In this document: positions 50,687 through 64,000 of the stretch, in pieces
Layout: each line of letters opens with the position of its first letter
How positions within the stretch are numbered: position 1 is the stretch's first letter
Source of the DNA: Octopus bimaculoides
Lineage: Eukaryota
Length of the DNA: 64,000 nt
Direction of reading: 5' to 3'
Assembly: GCF_001194135.2 (NCBI RefSeq)
Contig: NC_068984.1
Location: forward strand, 18,972,053-19,036,052
The notes under the pieces: generated by a model
What the model saw: the letters and a program-made list of their open reading frames with translations, nothing else
What the model was told of the DNA's origin: nothing
Database searches by the model: none
Position numbers and translations under genes: made by a program

Positions 50687-53283
50687 NNNNNNNNNNNNNN
50701 NNNNNNNNNNNNNNNNNNNNNNNNNNNNNNNNNNNNNNNNNNNNNNNNNNNNNNNNNNNNNNNNNNNNNNNNNNNNNNNNNNNNNNNNNNNNNNNNNNNN
50801 NNNNNNNNNNNNNNNNNNNNNNNNNNNNNNNNNNNNNNNNNNNNNNNNNNNNNNNNNNNNNNNNNNNNNNNNNNNNNNNNNNNNNNNNNNNNNNNNNNNN
50901 NNNNNNNNNNNNNNNNNNNNNNNNNNNNNNNNNNNNNNNNNNNNNNNNNNNNNNNNNNNNNNNNNNNNNNNNNNNNNNNNNNNNNNNNNNNNNNNNNNNN
51001 NNNNNNNNNNNNNNNNNNNNNNNNNNNNNNNNNNNNNNNNNNNNNNNNNNNNNNNNNNNNNNNNNNNNNNNNNNNNNNNNNNNNNNNNNNNNNNNNNNNN
51101 NNNNNNNNNNNNNNNNNNNNNNNNNNNNNNNNNNNNNNNNNNNNNNNNNNNNNNNNNNNNNNNNNNNNNNNNNNNNNNNNNNNNNNNNNNNNNNNNNNNN
51201 NNNNNNNNNNNNNNNNNNNNNNNNNNNNNNNNNNNNNNNNNNNNNNNNNATATATATATATATATATACACACACATAGTTAGTTGGGAGTAAGTATGTA
51301 TATAGATGTATGTATAGGTATATGTGTATAAATATGTGTGTGCTGGTATGCTTTATGTAGTCTTCATTATCGTATGTATGTCGTGATATATAGTTGTATC
51401 TGGACATAAGTAGATTTATTATTATATGTCCCTTTATCTTTGTGCACAAGCGGATGTATGTGGGTTTATTATGATGAATCTCCCTGCTGTAGATTGGTAT
51501 TATCTTTTAATGTGCTTTTTGGTTTTGGCCGGAACTCTGTTGTTCGGCTATTGAAAGATTAAAAATGAAATAAACTTAGCGTTTGGGAGTTAGAGCATAA
51601 TATAAAATTTCCATCCTCTATTCCGTATTCATTCCTCCCAGTATGACAACTTTTTGCTTCCCTCCCCATTCCAGTTACCTTAATGATTCTCTTTTATAAA
51701 CTACAAACAAGGAGACTGTCCAGAAGAGTTACAGGAAATTCTGAAGTTGCCTAGAGGTCATGGTTGAAGCCATTGGCGATTTTATTCAATAAATTTATTC
51801 TTTAGTATTTCAAGATATTTTAATGCAATTTTATTTTGGTAAATATAACTGTTAAAATGAGATGTCAATATTTTCATTTTTGCGTAATTTAGATGACAAT
51901 GTATTCACTGCACCCTGTATAGACCTGTTGGGACAAGTGAAAGCGAAATCGTGATGGCACCTGTACCAGTGGAGCACTAAGAGCACCGTCCGAGCGTGAT
52001 CGTTGCCAGAGCAGCTGTCTGGCTTCCGCTCCAGTGGCACATAAATAGCACCATTTGAGCGTAATCATTACCAGCGTCACTTTCCTAGCACTTTGCCGGT
52101 GGCACGTGAAAAGATATTTGAGTGAAGTCGTTGCCAGTGCTGCCGGACTGGCTCCTGTGCAGGTAGCACATAAAATACACCATTTTGAGCGTAGCCATTG
52201 CCAGTACCGCTTGACTGGCCTTTGTGCCGGTGGCACGTAAAAGCACCCACTACACTCTCAGAGTGGTTGGCATTAGGAAGGGCATCCAGCTGTAGAAACT
52301 CTGCCAAATCAGATTGGAGCCTGGTGTAGCCATCTGGTTCGCAGTCCTCAGTCAAATCGTCCAACCTATGCTAGCACGGAAAGCAGACGTTAAACGGTAA
52401 TGATGATGATGATATATATATCATATTTAATCTACAGTTTGTGGTCTTAGTAAAAATATAAATGCTGTATCTTTAATAAAATATTATGCCACCAGTTTCA
52501 TTCCATAGTTACAGACATAATCAGACACAATGATATTATAGACCAACGAATGTGAAGGGTTTGTTTTAGCAGACAACAATCAATTGCACAAAAATGCATA
52601 TGTTAAGTGATTAGCAATTTTAAAACAATTAGTGGAATAAAAAAAAACAAATTCACCATCCCAACTAGCATTAACAAATTTCTCTTCCAATAACAATCCC
52701 ACGACTTTTAAGAGCTACGAGTTATCTGTATGCTTACATGCATGCATGTGTGTGTGTGTGTGTGTATGTGTGTGTGTGCGCGTGTGTGTGTGTGATTATA
52801 TGTCTGCAGTATTTCTCTCTCCTTCTCTCACTGCTATTACGTTCTCCACTAAACTTGCTCACTCTTGCTTGTGGCTTTTCCCTTCCAATTATTGTTTCAA
52901 TGCTCATGACCTGTAACTACATGAGTAGAATAATATAGATTGTTTTTTGGGTCATTTAAAGTTTTCTGTATTGCATCCAGAACTCAGTTTGTCATCACTA
53001 TTGTCATCATTTAATGCCCACTTTTTAATGCTCGCACGGAGTGGATGGAATTGAGGCAGATTTTCTATGGCTGGATACTCTTCATGTCACCAACCCTCAC
53101 TTGTTTCCAAGCAAGTTAATATTTCCCAACAGCCAGACATGCTTTTATAGAATATTGGAAATGAATGATACTGCTTGTATGACAGTGATACTCATTTACA
53201 ATTATCATGTGATGTCAAGATAATGTCTCACAAACACACACAAGGTTTTTGGTCTGAACACTTTGTGTGTGTATCTCTCTCTC

Positions 53284-53361
<78 letters not shown>

Positions 53362-55628
53362 ATATCTATATATAATATAAAACAGGTTTTTTTTTTAAAG
53401 GTTCCTGCTGAACAAGTCAGTATGGAACCATTGTAGAAAACACCCAAAATGCCACATAGTGGGACTGAACCTGAAACCATGTGGTTAAGAAGTAAACTTC
53501 AAAACCTCACAGCCATGTCTAAAACTCATAAGACACAACTATATGTAAGACATAATACTGTATGTATACCCTTGGCATGCATACAGTGTGTTTCTTGTTG
53601 CCATAGAATGTTTACAACAAACGTGTTTGTGTGTGAGCATATACATGTGTGTATGTGTCAGTGTGTATGTATGTATGTATACACACACACACACAGAGTA
53701 TGGTGATTGAGTCCATTTTTTTAAATAGATAGTTTAGAGTAGTTATCCTTTGATTTAACATTTACAAACGGATAAGTTGCAGTCCCTAAAGTGCATGCCT
53801 TAATGCTTTAATCCATGTTTTAAGTGTGTTTTATATTTCAAAGCAAATATTCATGCATAATTCTTGAAGCTGTAAGTGATTCATTGTGCTTAAAAGCAGA
53901 TTGATTTGTAAATGTTAGTGGGTTTTTTTTCTTTTTTTTTTTTCTTCGTTTCTGTTTTTTCGGTTCTGCTTTCTGTAGTGTTAGTCACCATTATCATTGA
54001 TTCCATGTCCAGTTTTCCATGCTTCCAAGGGTTAAGTGAAGTTTGCCGGGATACAACCAGATGCCCTTCCTGTCACTAACCTTCATCTGTTTCCAAGTAA
54101 GGTAATATTTCCCGTGGCTGATATTATTACTAAAGACCCCCTTCGGTCTTGAACGACCATGGGATTGCACCTAGAAAGTTCCCCTCCAAGGTACAAGTCT
54201 GGGGAAGATTGTTTGTGAGATAACCAGCAGTCACCCATGCATACCAGCCTCCCTTCTCCATGCTACCAATGTTATCCAAGAGAAAGGCAAAGACTGGTAC
54301 AGATACAGATTGGCACCAGTAACACTGCAACTCATTTCTGCAGCTGAGTGGACTGGAGCAACGTGAAATAAAGTGTCTTGCTCAAAGAACACAACACACA
54401 GCCTGGTTCAGGAATTGAACTCACAACCTCATGATTGTAAGCCCAATGCTCTAACCACTGAGCCATGCACCTTCACATATTATTATTATTATTATTAAGA
54501 TTAAGGCAGTGAGCTGGCAGAATCATTAGCACGCTGGGTGAAATGCTTAACAGTATTTCGCCTGTCGTTACATTCTGGTTGAATCTGCCTTTCATCCTTT
54601 CGGGGTCGATAGATTAAGTACCAGTTGCATACTCAGGTCGATCTAATCGACTGCCCCCCCCTCTCCCAAAATTTCAGGCCTTGTGCCTATAGTAGAAAGG
54701 ATTATTATTATTATTGAGGTTAAGGTGGCTTGCTGGCAGAATTGTTAGCACGCCAGATGAAATACTTAGCAATATTTCGTCTGACGCTATGTTCTGAGTT
54801 CAAATCCTGCCGAGGTCGACTTTGCCTTTCATCCTTTTGGGGTTGATTAAATAAGTACCAGTTAGACACTGGGGTCAATGTAATCAACGTAATCCCTTCC
54901 CCCAAATTTGAGGACTTGTGCTTCCAGTAGAAAGAATTATTATTATTGAAATTGAAAATGAAAGGTGCAACTTATGACAACTACCAAATAATGCCAAGAC
55001 AACACACACACACACACATAAAAACAGACAACAATTGTCTTTGAGTTTCTGTCTACCAAATCCACTCACAAGGCTTTGGTTGATCCAGAGCTATAGTAAA
55101 AGTCACTTGCCAATGCCACAGGTGCCACACAGTGGAATTGAACATAAGACCACATAGTCATGCCTACATTAAGTAAATGAAAAAATCAGTCTTCTGCAGC
55201 AATGAATTTTCAATCTAGATGAAGGCAGGTTATACGAGAGTCAAATCTTTTTGATTCCCGTACTCACTTGAAAAAAGTCTCACTGACATAAAATAAACTG
55301 ATTTGTATAACTATGTGATTATGTAACAATATATGAAGCTATATGGACATATTACTATGTGACTAATGCATTTACTTAGCGATCAAGAGATCCCAGGCAA
55401 ATGGCTGTTGGATGGATTGTACATGTGATTTGAAGGTCCAGCTTTATTACAGCATCACGCTGATTCTGTATGTGGATTGCGAGAAAAAGTACATGCGTCT
55501 ATAGAATGCTTAACCAGTTATACTAAGTCACTGAAAATGTAGTTCCATTGATGGAATAACTGGAACACTCATTCTTCAAAATCTATGAGTGATAGAAAGA
55601 GAGCAATAGACAGACAAACAGAGAGTCC

Positions 55629-55661
<33 letters not shown>

Positions 55662-57831
55662 GAGAGAGAGAGAGAGAGATGGGTTTAAAATGTTCTTTTC
55701 ATTTACTAATGCACATAGCTGACTCAAAAGAGAAGCTAATATCTTCTTTCCTGCATTTTTTTCGTCTGTGTTTGCATATTTCTTAATGCAACTTCAATGT
55801 AGAAGCAAAAAAGTCAAATGGCTGAGTGGTTAAGACATTCACTTTGCAACCACATGGTTGCAGGTTCAGTCCCCCTGAATGGCAACTTGGGCAGGTGTCT
55901 TCTATTACAGCTCTGGACCAACCAGTACCTTGTGAATGAATTTAGTAGACTGAAGCTGTGTGGAAGTTGGTCATGTATATAAATATATATATAGTGTGTG
56001 TCTTTGTATTTGCACCTCAACCATCCCTTTTCAACAGTATTGGTTTGTTTACATCCCCATGACTTAGTGGTTTGGCAAAAGAGATCAACAGAATAAGTAC
56101 CAGGCTTAAAATATTTTTGGGGTCAGTTTGCTCAACTAAACCCTTCATGGTGGTGCCCCAGCATGGCCATTGTCCAATGAATGAAACAAGTAAAAAGGAT
56201 AAATAGGTATTGTATTACACTACCAACTCAAAGGGTCTTGTGTTCAAATCTACTTCAGGTATTTTATTCAATGTTTGAGCAGTACACTTTATTTTATGGT
56301 TTGATCTGCCATTAGAAAAAAAAAAGCAGATTAACCTAAATAAGACCCACACCATCCAGAGTGGTGAGGTACCCCAAGGCCAAGTTGAGCGCTCAGATCC
56401 TGTCAAACTGTCCAACCCTGGCCATCATGGAAGATAAATATCAAATAATGATAATGATGATGATGATGATGATAATGACGATGATGATTTATTTAGAATG
56501 TAAAAATTAGTGCTTAATTTATTGGAAGTATTGAAAAATACTCTCAAAGTGATCAGGTCAAAAAATGCAACAGGACTTTCTTTCCAGCTTCTCTCTCTGA
56601 TTTGGCATTGCATGATATCTAATAAATGAGTGCCACTGTAATCCTCTTTTATAATGCCCACTCCAGCATAGCAGTACAGTTAGTTAGACTAGTAGGACAC
56701 GACTATCTAATCTATTTAATGACTGTCTTCTTGACTGCCTATGTTGCAGTATTTATAACAACTATCACATACCACTCATCAGATGGGAGGGGTGTTCCAT
56801 TATTACTATTATCCCCATAACACGATCATACAGGCAATGTCATTCATTTCCAAAATTCTGCAAGAACATGCCTAACCATGGGAAATATTACCTTATTTAA
56901 AAATAGATGAAAATTGGCAACAAAAAGGACATCTGTCAGTAGAAAATCTATTTCAACAAACTCCATCCAACCCATGCCATTATGGAAAAGTGGATGTTGA
57001 AACAATGGCATCACTAATAAAGAAGACTGGCTTCCACACAATCCCTCTCTACCAATCTCCACTAAGGTATTGGACAATTGGGTAACCCACCTATAATGTA
57101 GAAGATACTTGCCACTATGTCCCACAGCAGAATTCAACTTGGAACAATCACCATCATCATCATCATCATCATCGTTTAACGTCCGCTTTCCATGCTAGCA
57201 TGGGTTGGACGATTTGACTGAGGACTGGTGAAACCAGATGGCTGCACCAGGCTCCAATCTGATTTGGCAGAGTTTCTACAGCTGGATGCCCTTCCTAACA
57301 CCAACCACTCCTAGAGTATAGTGGGTGCTTTTACGTGCCACCGGCACAAAGGCTAGTCAGGCGGTACTGGCAACAGCCAAGCTCAAAATGGTGTATTTTA
57401 TGTGCCACCCGCACAATATGGTTCTAAAATAAATTTATTTAACAGGCAGCCACATCTACATCCTATCATGCACATATAGTTTCCTGTTCAACCAGAGATT
57501 AACTCATCACAAAGGCATCTCATACTTTATCTAGAATTTAACAAAATAACTCACTTGTTTGCAGATTAAGCATTTATCTCAGATTCTCTAAAACAGATTT
57601 TGACATGTGAGCAAGAATTCGCTTCCATATAGACCGATACTAAAGATTCTAATGCAAATGTTATTAATCAATATAAATGGTTAGATAATAGGATTAAAAT
57701 GAAAAATACCTTCCTAGACATTTTTAGAACAATAATTCTACTGACCACAACAACTGAACCATACATTTCTCTCTGACCATTTATATATATATATATATAT
57801 ATATACATATATATACATATATGTATGTATG

Positions 57832-57873
<42 letters not shown>

Positions 57874-58498
57874 NNNNNNNNNNNNNNNNNNNNNNNNNNN
57901 NNNNNNNNNNNNNNNNNNNNNNNNNNNNNNNNNNNNNNNNNNNNNNNNNNNNNNNNNNNNNNNNNNNNNNNNNNNNNNNNNNNNNNNNNNNNNNNNNNNN
58001 NNNNNNNNNNNNNNNNNNNNNNNNNNNNNNNNNNNNNNNNNNNNNNNNNNNNNNNNNNNNNNNNNNNNNNNNNNNNNNNNNNNNNNNNNNNNNNNNNNNN
58101 NNNNNNNNNNNNNNNNNNNNNNNNNNNNNNNNNNNNNNNNNNNNNNNNNNNNNNNNNNNNNNNNNNNNNNNNNNNNNNNNNNNNNNNNNNNNNNNNNNNN
58201 NNNNNNNNNNNNNNNNNNNNNNNNNNNNNNNNNNNNNNNNNNNNNNNNNNNNNNNNNNNNNNNNNNNNNNNNNNNNNNNNNNNNNNNNNNNNNNNNNNNN
58301 NNNNNNNNNNNNNNNNNNNNNNNNNNNNNNNNNNNNNNNNNNNNNNNNNNNNNNNNNNNNNNNNNNNNNNNNNNNNNNNNNNNNNNNNNNNNNNNNNNNN
58401 NNNNNNNNNNNNNNNNNNNNNNNNNNNNNNNNNNNNNNNNNNNNNNNNNNNNNNNNNNNNNNNNNNNNNNNNNNNNNNNNNNNNNNNNNNNNNNNNNN

Positions 58499-58560
<62 letters not shown>

Positions 58561-58649
58561 ACTGCCATTGTAGAAGCAAAATAGTCAAACATGTATGGTA
58601 TTGCACTGCCAACTTAAAGATTATTGAGAAATTTATTCTGTATTGGTGC

Positions 58650-60540
58650 AGTACATCTATTTTTATGGTTTGCTTTACATTTAAGAATAAGAATGAGATT
58701 ATCAGAGAATGTTACCCCATATCAGACCCATACCATTCAGGGTGGTGAGGTGCCCCAGAGCCAAGTTGACTTGAATATTGTAACCATTTTGCTTTCAGAC
58801 ACCAGCTGTATGTATGTTGGTTATAATTCAGCCTTCGATATTTTATTGTTTTATGTTAAGGTAGCAAACTAACAGAATCGTTAGCATGTTGGGCAAAATG
58901 CTTAGCGGAATTTTGTCTGTCTTTATGTTCTGAGTTCAAATTCCACCAAGGTCGACTTTACCTTTCATTATTTCGGGGTTGATAAAGTAATACTAGTTGA
59001 GCACTGGGATCGATGTAATCGACTTATCTCTGAACTTGCTGGCCTAGTGTCAAAATTTGAAATCAATATTTATTGCTTAATGTTAAGGTAGCAAGCTGGC
59101 AGAATCATTAGCATGCTAGCCAAAATGCTTAGCGGAATTTTGTCTGTCTTTATGATCTGAGTTCAAATTCTGCCAAGGTCCACTTTACCTTTCATCCTTT
59201 TAGGGTTGATAAAATAAGTACAGGGGTCAATGTAATCGACTTAACTCTGCCCTAAAAAATTGTTGGCCTTGTACCAAAGGTTGAAACAAATATTTAATGT
59301 TTTATGTCTTTAGGGTATCCTTACAGTAGTGAACATCAGACGAGAATGTAACATTAGAACTACTGACCTCTTACATTGGAAAAGAGAAATGATTAGAGGA
59401 TAATGTTGTTGTTGTTGGCACTCCGTCGCTTACGACGTCGAGGGTTCCAGTTGATCCGATCAACGGAACAGCCTGCTCGTGAAATTAACGTGTAAGTGGC
59501 TGAGCACTCCACAGACATGTGTACCCTTAACGTAGTTCTTGGGGATATTCAGCGTGACACAGTGTGACCCTTTGAATTACAGGCACAACAGAAACAGGAA
59601 GCAAGAGTGAGAGAAAGTTGTGGTGGAAGAGTACAGCAGGGTTCGCCACCATCCCCTGCCGGAGCCGCATGGAGCCTTAGGTGTTTTCGCTCAATAAACA
59701 CTCACAACGCCCAGTCTGGGAATCGAAACCGCGATCCTATGACCACAAGTCCGCTGCCCTACCCACTGGGCCATTGCGCCTCCACTGAGGATAATGTAGA
59801 CAGAATGAACCTAGCATCCCATATACTTAACACAGAACTGCAACTGAACAGCTTGCCAGGAGTTTAGAATACATTTACAATATATGTATGTCTTGATGAG
59901 TTCCAAGATTATTACAAACCATACTAGCACTTCCAAGATCTCATTAACTGAGTAAACACCCCTCAAGGTAACACTTCACTTCCAGTTCCAGAGCACCCTT
60001 AGTATTCAAGTGGAAAAGAACATGCAATTAAGAAAAGAATCTACAAAAAGCATCAATATTTCAATACAAGAACATCTGTTTTTACAAAAATGATTTTTGC
60101 TTAACATACATACATACATACAGTGGTGAGAAACTGCATGGAGAACTGAATAGAAAAAGGTCTTCAAAGAAGCCTTCGTTTTGCAAGTGTTTTGGTCCTT
60201 AATTCTTTACATTCTAAGGGGCGGGGTCACATCTTAATTATGACTCCTGAATACCCTTCTGCTGTAACATTTTGTGCCACTGTTTGAGTTTAACCTCCCA
60301 CCCGTCCAGGGTGGTGAAGTGTCCTAAAGCTAAGCTGCTTTGAGTATTATAATCACTTTACTTGCAATAAAACACCAGTTGTGTGTGTGTATGTGTGTGT
60401 GTGTGTGTTAGTTATAGATCAGTCTTCAACCTTTATTGCTTAAGGTTTTATGCCTTTAGAGTATCCTTAAGGTAGCAATCAAATCAGCATCAAATGAAAA
60501 TGCAGCATTAGAATGGCTGATCTCTTACAATCAGATCCAA
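58650..60540 (+). repeat. Old local duplication (copies at ~56281-56388, 58650-59400, 60298-60540)
   Basis: Shared cc(a/g)t(c/t)cag(g/a)gtggtga(g/a)gt...aag(t/c)tg block in all three copies; ttttatg(t/c)ctttag(g/a)gtatcctta...attagaa...ctga(c/t)ctcttaca is shared by the last two. Confidence 0.75.
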
Positions 60541-60719
60541 AATGCTGCAAGCAATCTCTTCTGACAATCACTCTAAGGATACAACATTTTAAGTAATGAA
60601 ATGCTGTAAATTGATCTATAACCAACATCTTAAATATTTATTTTATCCAGATATGGGGATTTTATTTACTTTGTACCTTCATCAAGGATATGAACTCACA
60701 AACACACTCATCATTATCA

Positions 60720-61110
60720 AAATCCCTTAACTGATGCAGCCAGTCTAGATGCTTTCATAGTCAGCCGCCACCACTGGTCTCTGTTCTCTGCCATGCATAA
60801 CAGGTTCACTGAGTCATGACCTGTCCAGTCCTTGATGTCGTCAAAGCAGAATTTTCTCTGCCTGCCTCTCTTTCACCCTCCTTCAATTGTGTCCTGAAGA
60901 ATGGTTTTGGACAAGAAGTTGTGGTGGGATTCTTGACCATACCAGACACGGTTTCATCTTTTTCCCTGCACAAGTGGTATCTGCTAGTGTAATTGTTGAC
61001 TTGCTGTGTGACAAAGTTACTCATTTTGTGCTCTGTCTGTGGGATGTGTAGCAGCCTTCTGAAGCACCTGTGCTCAAATGCCTGGATTCTTCACTCCATG
61101 TCAGCTGTTT
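60720..61110 (-). mobile_element. RTE LINE C-terminal fragment
   Basis: DDIKDWTGHDSVNLLCMAENRDQWWRLT on the minus strand. Confidence 0.75.
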
Positions 61111-64000
61111 GTTTTACATCCATTTTCCATGCTTGTATGGGTTAGATGCATGTGCTATTAAGGCATTGCTTTACAGCCAGATGCACTTCCTATCGCCAGC
61201 CCTCACCCGTTGTTCAAATCAGTGATCTCTTATTTCACACAGCTTCAAAGGTATTAAGTGAGTAGACAAGTTATTGACAGAAGTGCCAAAGACAATTCTG
61301 CTCAAGCATCATAACTTTTGAAAAAACAAACATAGTTGTAAACAGACATATGACCATACAATAGATTACTGCCTCCTCATTTACACACCTGCATGCGTGC
61401 ACACACACAAACACACTCTCTCCCTCTCTCTCTCTTTTTCTGACACAAAAATTTCCCAAGTAAGGTGCTTGCCTAAAAGCTTCATCTGTTTTTATATCTT
61501 GAAATGGATGTTTCATATTAAACCAATTACATCATTGACAAATGTGCTCGTGACACTCTCTACTTTGGCTATCCTGATTCATTTGTGTCCTACATTGTGT
61601 ACATAAATGTCCTTGCTGTAAAGTTCAAACATTTGTATACATTTCTAAACAACACACATTTTTATGATGACAAAATCACTCTTCACTCCACCTTAGCTGT
61701 TCACACAGCTGTAATCCATGTGCACTCAGTCTCCAGCCAGACAGTCTGCCTACATGATACAACCATAACCCCCCCCCCCAAAAAAAAACTTTCTCAATAG
61801 TAGTCATTATCAGTAGAGAGACTTGTACTACACCAACCACATATGTAACAGCAGCAGCAGCAGCGGCAACAACACCAACAACAGCAGCAATAACAAAACT
61901 AAAGCTCTCAAAATCACTACAAAAATACTAGGTCTCAATCTTTGTTCTCTCTCTCATAGTGACATAACTATAACCTTTGTCAAAATTACTTCAGGAAAAC
62001 TAGGCTTCCTAATCAAATTGCTTGCTCTCTGTAAAGCTCAAGTGTGACTCACATGGGAGCACTGCTCACATATCTGAGATAATGCTATTGTCACACATGA
62101 ATAGCTTGGACATAATCTAAAAAAAAAAAAAACATTTAAAAAATAATAATAATAATAATAATAAAAGGCTATGTGGCTGATCACTGGTGATTCAATCGTC
62201 AATATGCTGCAGTCATTGCTTCACAGACCTTCACAGACATGCTGCTGTTTCTCTATGAATCATTTATCACAATAGCTTCTGTTCCTCTGAAATATCTAGC
62301 TACACTCACAACCTCCATTCCATCCACCACAAACTATACAAGTTTATCATGTCACCGGTTTTGCAGTAAACACTTTATACAAGACTGGAACTTACTGGTA
62401 GACTCTCTTCATGATTTTTATTGCAGATCTCAACCTTCAGATGTTCAGGACAGGCACTGATCTCTTCAGCCAAGGGGGACCCACAAATATTATGAACAAA
62501 ACTACTGTCTTATCAATAGAAAAAACACATGCACGTACACGCACACACACACACACACACACGCACAATAAAATACTTGCAATGAGTTGACCTTTGAATT
62601 GGTTATCAAATACCACAGTCACTCCATTTCTAATTGGTTAAGATCTTTCACTTGCAATATTTATTTCACATTCTGTTGCACACATGCATGCATGCAACCA
62701 TGCACACACATGCACACAAATTGTGTTGAAAGAGTGACTGGAAGCTAACACTAATAAAAAAACTCGGTCACTTTCTGTTTGCCACGAGGAAACCAATTCA
62801 ATTCTGACTAAAAGAAAGGCATATTAGTATTTTTATTGCTATTGATGAGCAATCAGCACACACTTCTGATTGAACAGCTGCAGTGTGAAAATGAGGTACC
62901 TGAACAAACTTTAGGATAATACAGCCCGGGGGTGTTGCACTTTAATTACATCAAAACCGGTTTCACCTGTTTATTCTAAGAACATACTGAACTGACCAAC
63001 CAAAGCAGGATCAACAAAGAGAATATTGTGCTTTGAGAAACAGGAATTGCTGGTGTTGTCAGTAATGATGAGATGCAAAGTAATCGGTGCAGCAAGCTGT
63101 ATACAATTTGAAACAGAATGCAGCTCAGTGCAATATACTGTTGATGGTGCAGCAGATGTATCAATGATAGACGAGAAAAAAAATAAGTATCCTTATATTG
63201 GTTGCTCATCAGCTAGAGGTTGTCAGTAAAAAATGGCTTAACAATTTAATTAGATAGGGTCTTTGTTTTTTGTTCTTTTTTATTGCTTTCTTTTTTTTTG
63301 TTAGAGACTTGGAGTAAGATATTGGCTAGTGAGATATCATTAAGTAAGTTACACAATATCATGTGTTTCACCAAGTTCAACTTATAATAGTGCTGATATA
63401 CTATCTAATCTTTTGTGCCATTCCAATTTTAAGTATACATCCTGCCAAAGTTAGATCAGAACTGACCAAGAGTAGAGTTGGCTACATAACAACATGGTAT
63501 AAAAATAAGAAAAACCAATTTAGAAACTTTCTTAATAAAACCAGTATCATATTACATGTAAAATAAAACGAAAAAAAAAACAAACATAACAAGGAGAAAG
63601 TAATAATGAGTACAAAACCATTTGTGCACCGAGTAGATGTCGAAAGTGTTACAATGTATCAAAAATAGCTGATGGTTGCGCTAACTTGAACATTTGCCTA
63701 AAAAGCATCCCCAAAATGGAAAACACACATACTTTGTTAACAGAGATGGAAGCTGAGCAGGAGAGGAAGAATGGATGCACACATATAAATACACATAGAC
63801 ACACATGTATGTACACACAAACACATACATGTACAAGCATTTTTAGTTTCTCTCTATCTCTTTTTCTTTCTTTCAAACACCTTAAAAATCAGGTTTTAAT
63901 TGTAGAAGTTTAGCTCTAATGGCACTCACTACATTTTGTACATATGTATATGCACACACATACAGATCAATGTGTGAAACTTTAAATATATATATATATA

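Noticed and set aside
59715-59786. tRNA-like sequences (also 18552, 22255, 29400, 54410 and family A/B heads)
   Set aside because: A/B-box-like motifs run directly into SINE bodies and no complete cloverleaf is evident; these are SINE heads, not tRNA genes.
61848-61900. (AGC)n/(AAC)n run suggesting a poly-Q/S/N coding exon
   Set aside because: No splice signals or homology, and similar trinucleotide runs occur in clearly intronic sites such as 12160-12240.

Overview
Eukaryotic, AT-rich, microsatellite- and SINE-dense genomic DNA with seven N-gaps. The repeat landscape suggests an octopod cephalopod, but that is inference. The window is the body of one long-intron gene on the minus strand, a TMTC4 orthologue (ER protein O-mannosyltransferase: multi-pass TM/DUF1736 region followed by TPRs). 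I could reconstruct 14 GT-AG exons between 47092 and 4812 (1802 nt, 600 full codons, all phases compatible). The N-terminal exon(s) and the last exon are not visible. The introns hold at least five tRNA-head or RTE-tail SINE-like families plus decayed RTE, CR1-like and Jockey/I-like LINE, Helitron and mariner coding fragments and several MITEs. Almost all other ORFs in the track are repeat or microsatellite artefacts. I found no novel protein-coding system. The most interesting signals are: a Penelope-type minimal hammerhead ribozyme motif sense to the pre-mRNA; a perfect 95-bp palindrome; a plus-strand exon-like motif present three times; a minisatellite-bearing RTE-tailed element that tends to sit in (TA)n tracts; a 210-bp templated copy inside a SINE; and an Illumina adapter remnant, which warns of assembly artefacts. 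Transposon boundaries are approximate unless TSD or TIR coordinates are given.
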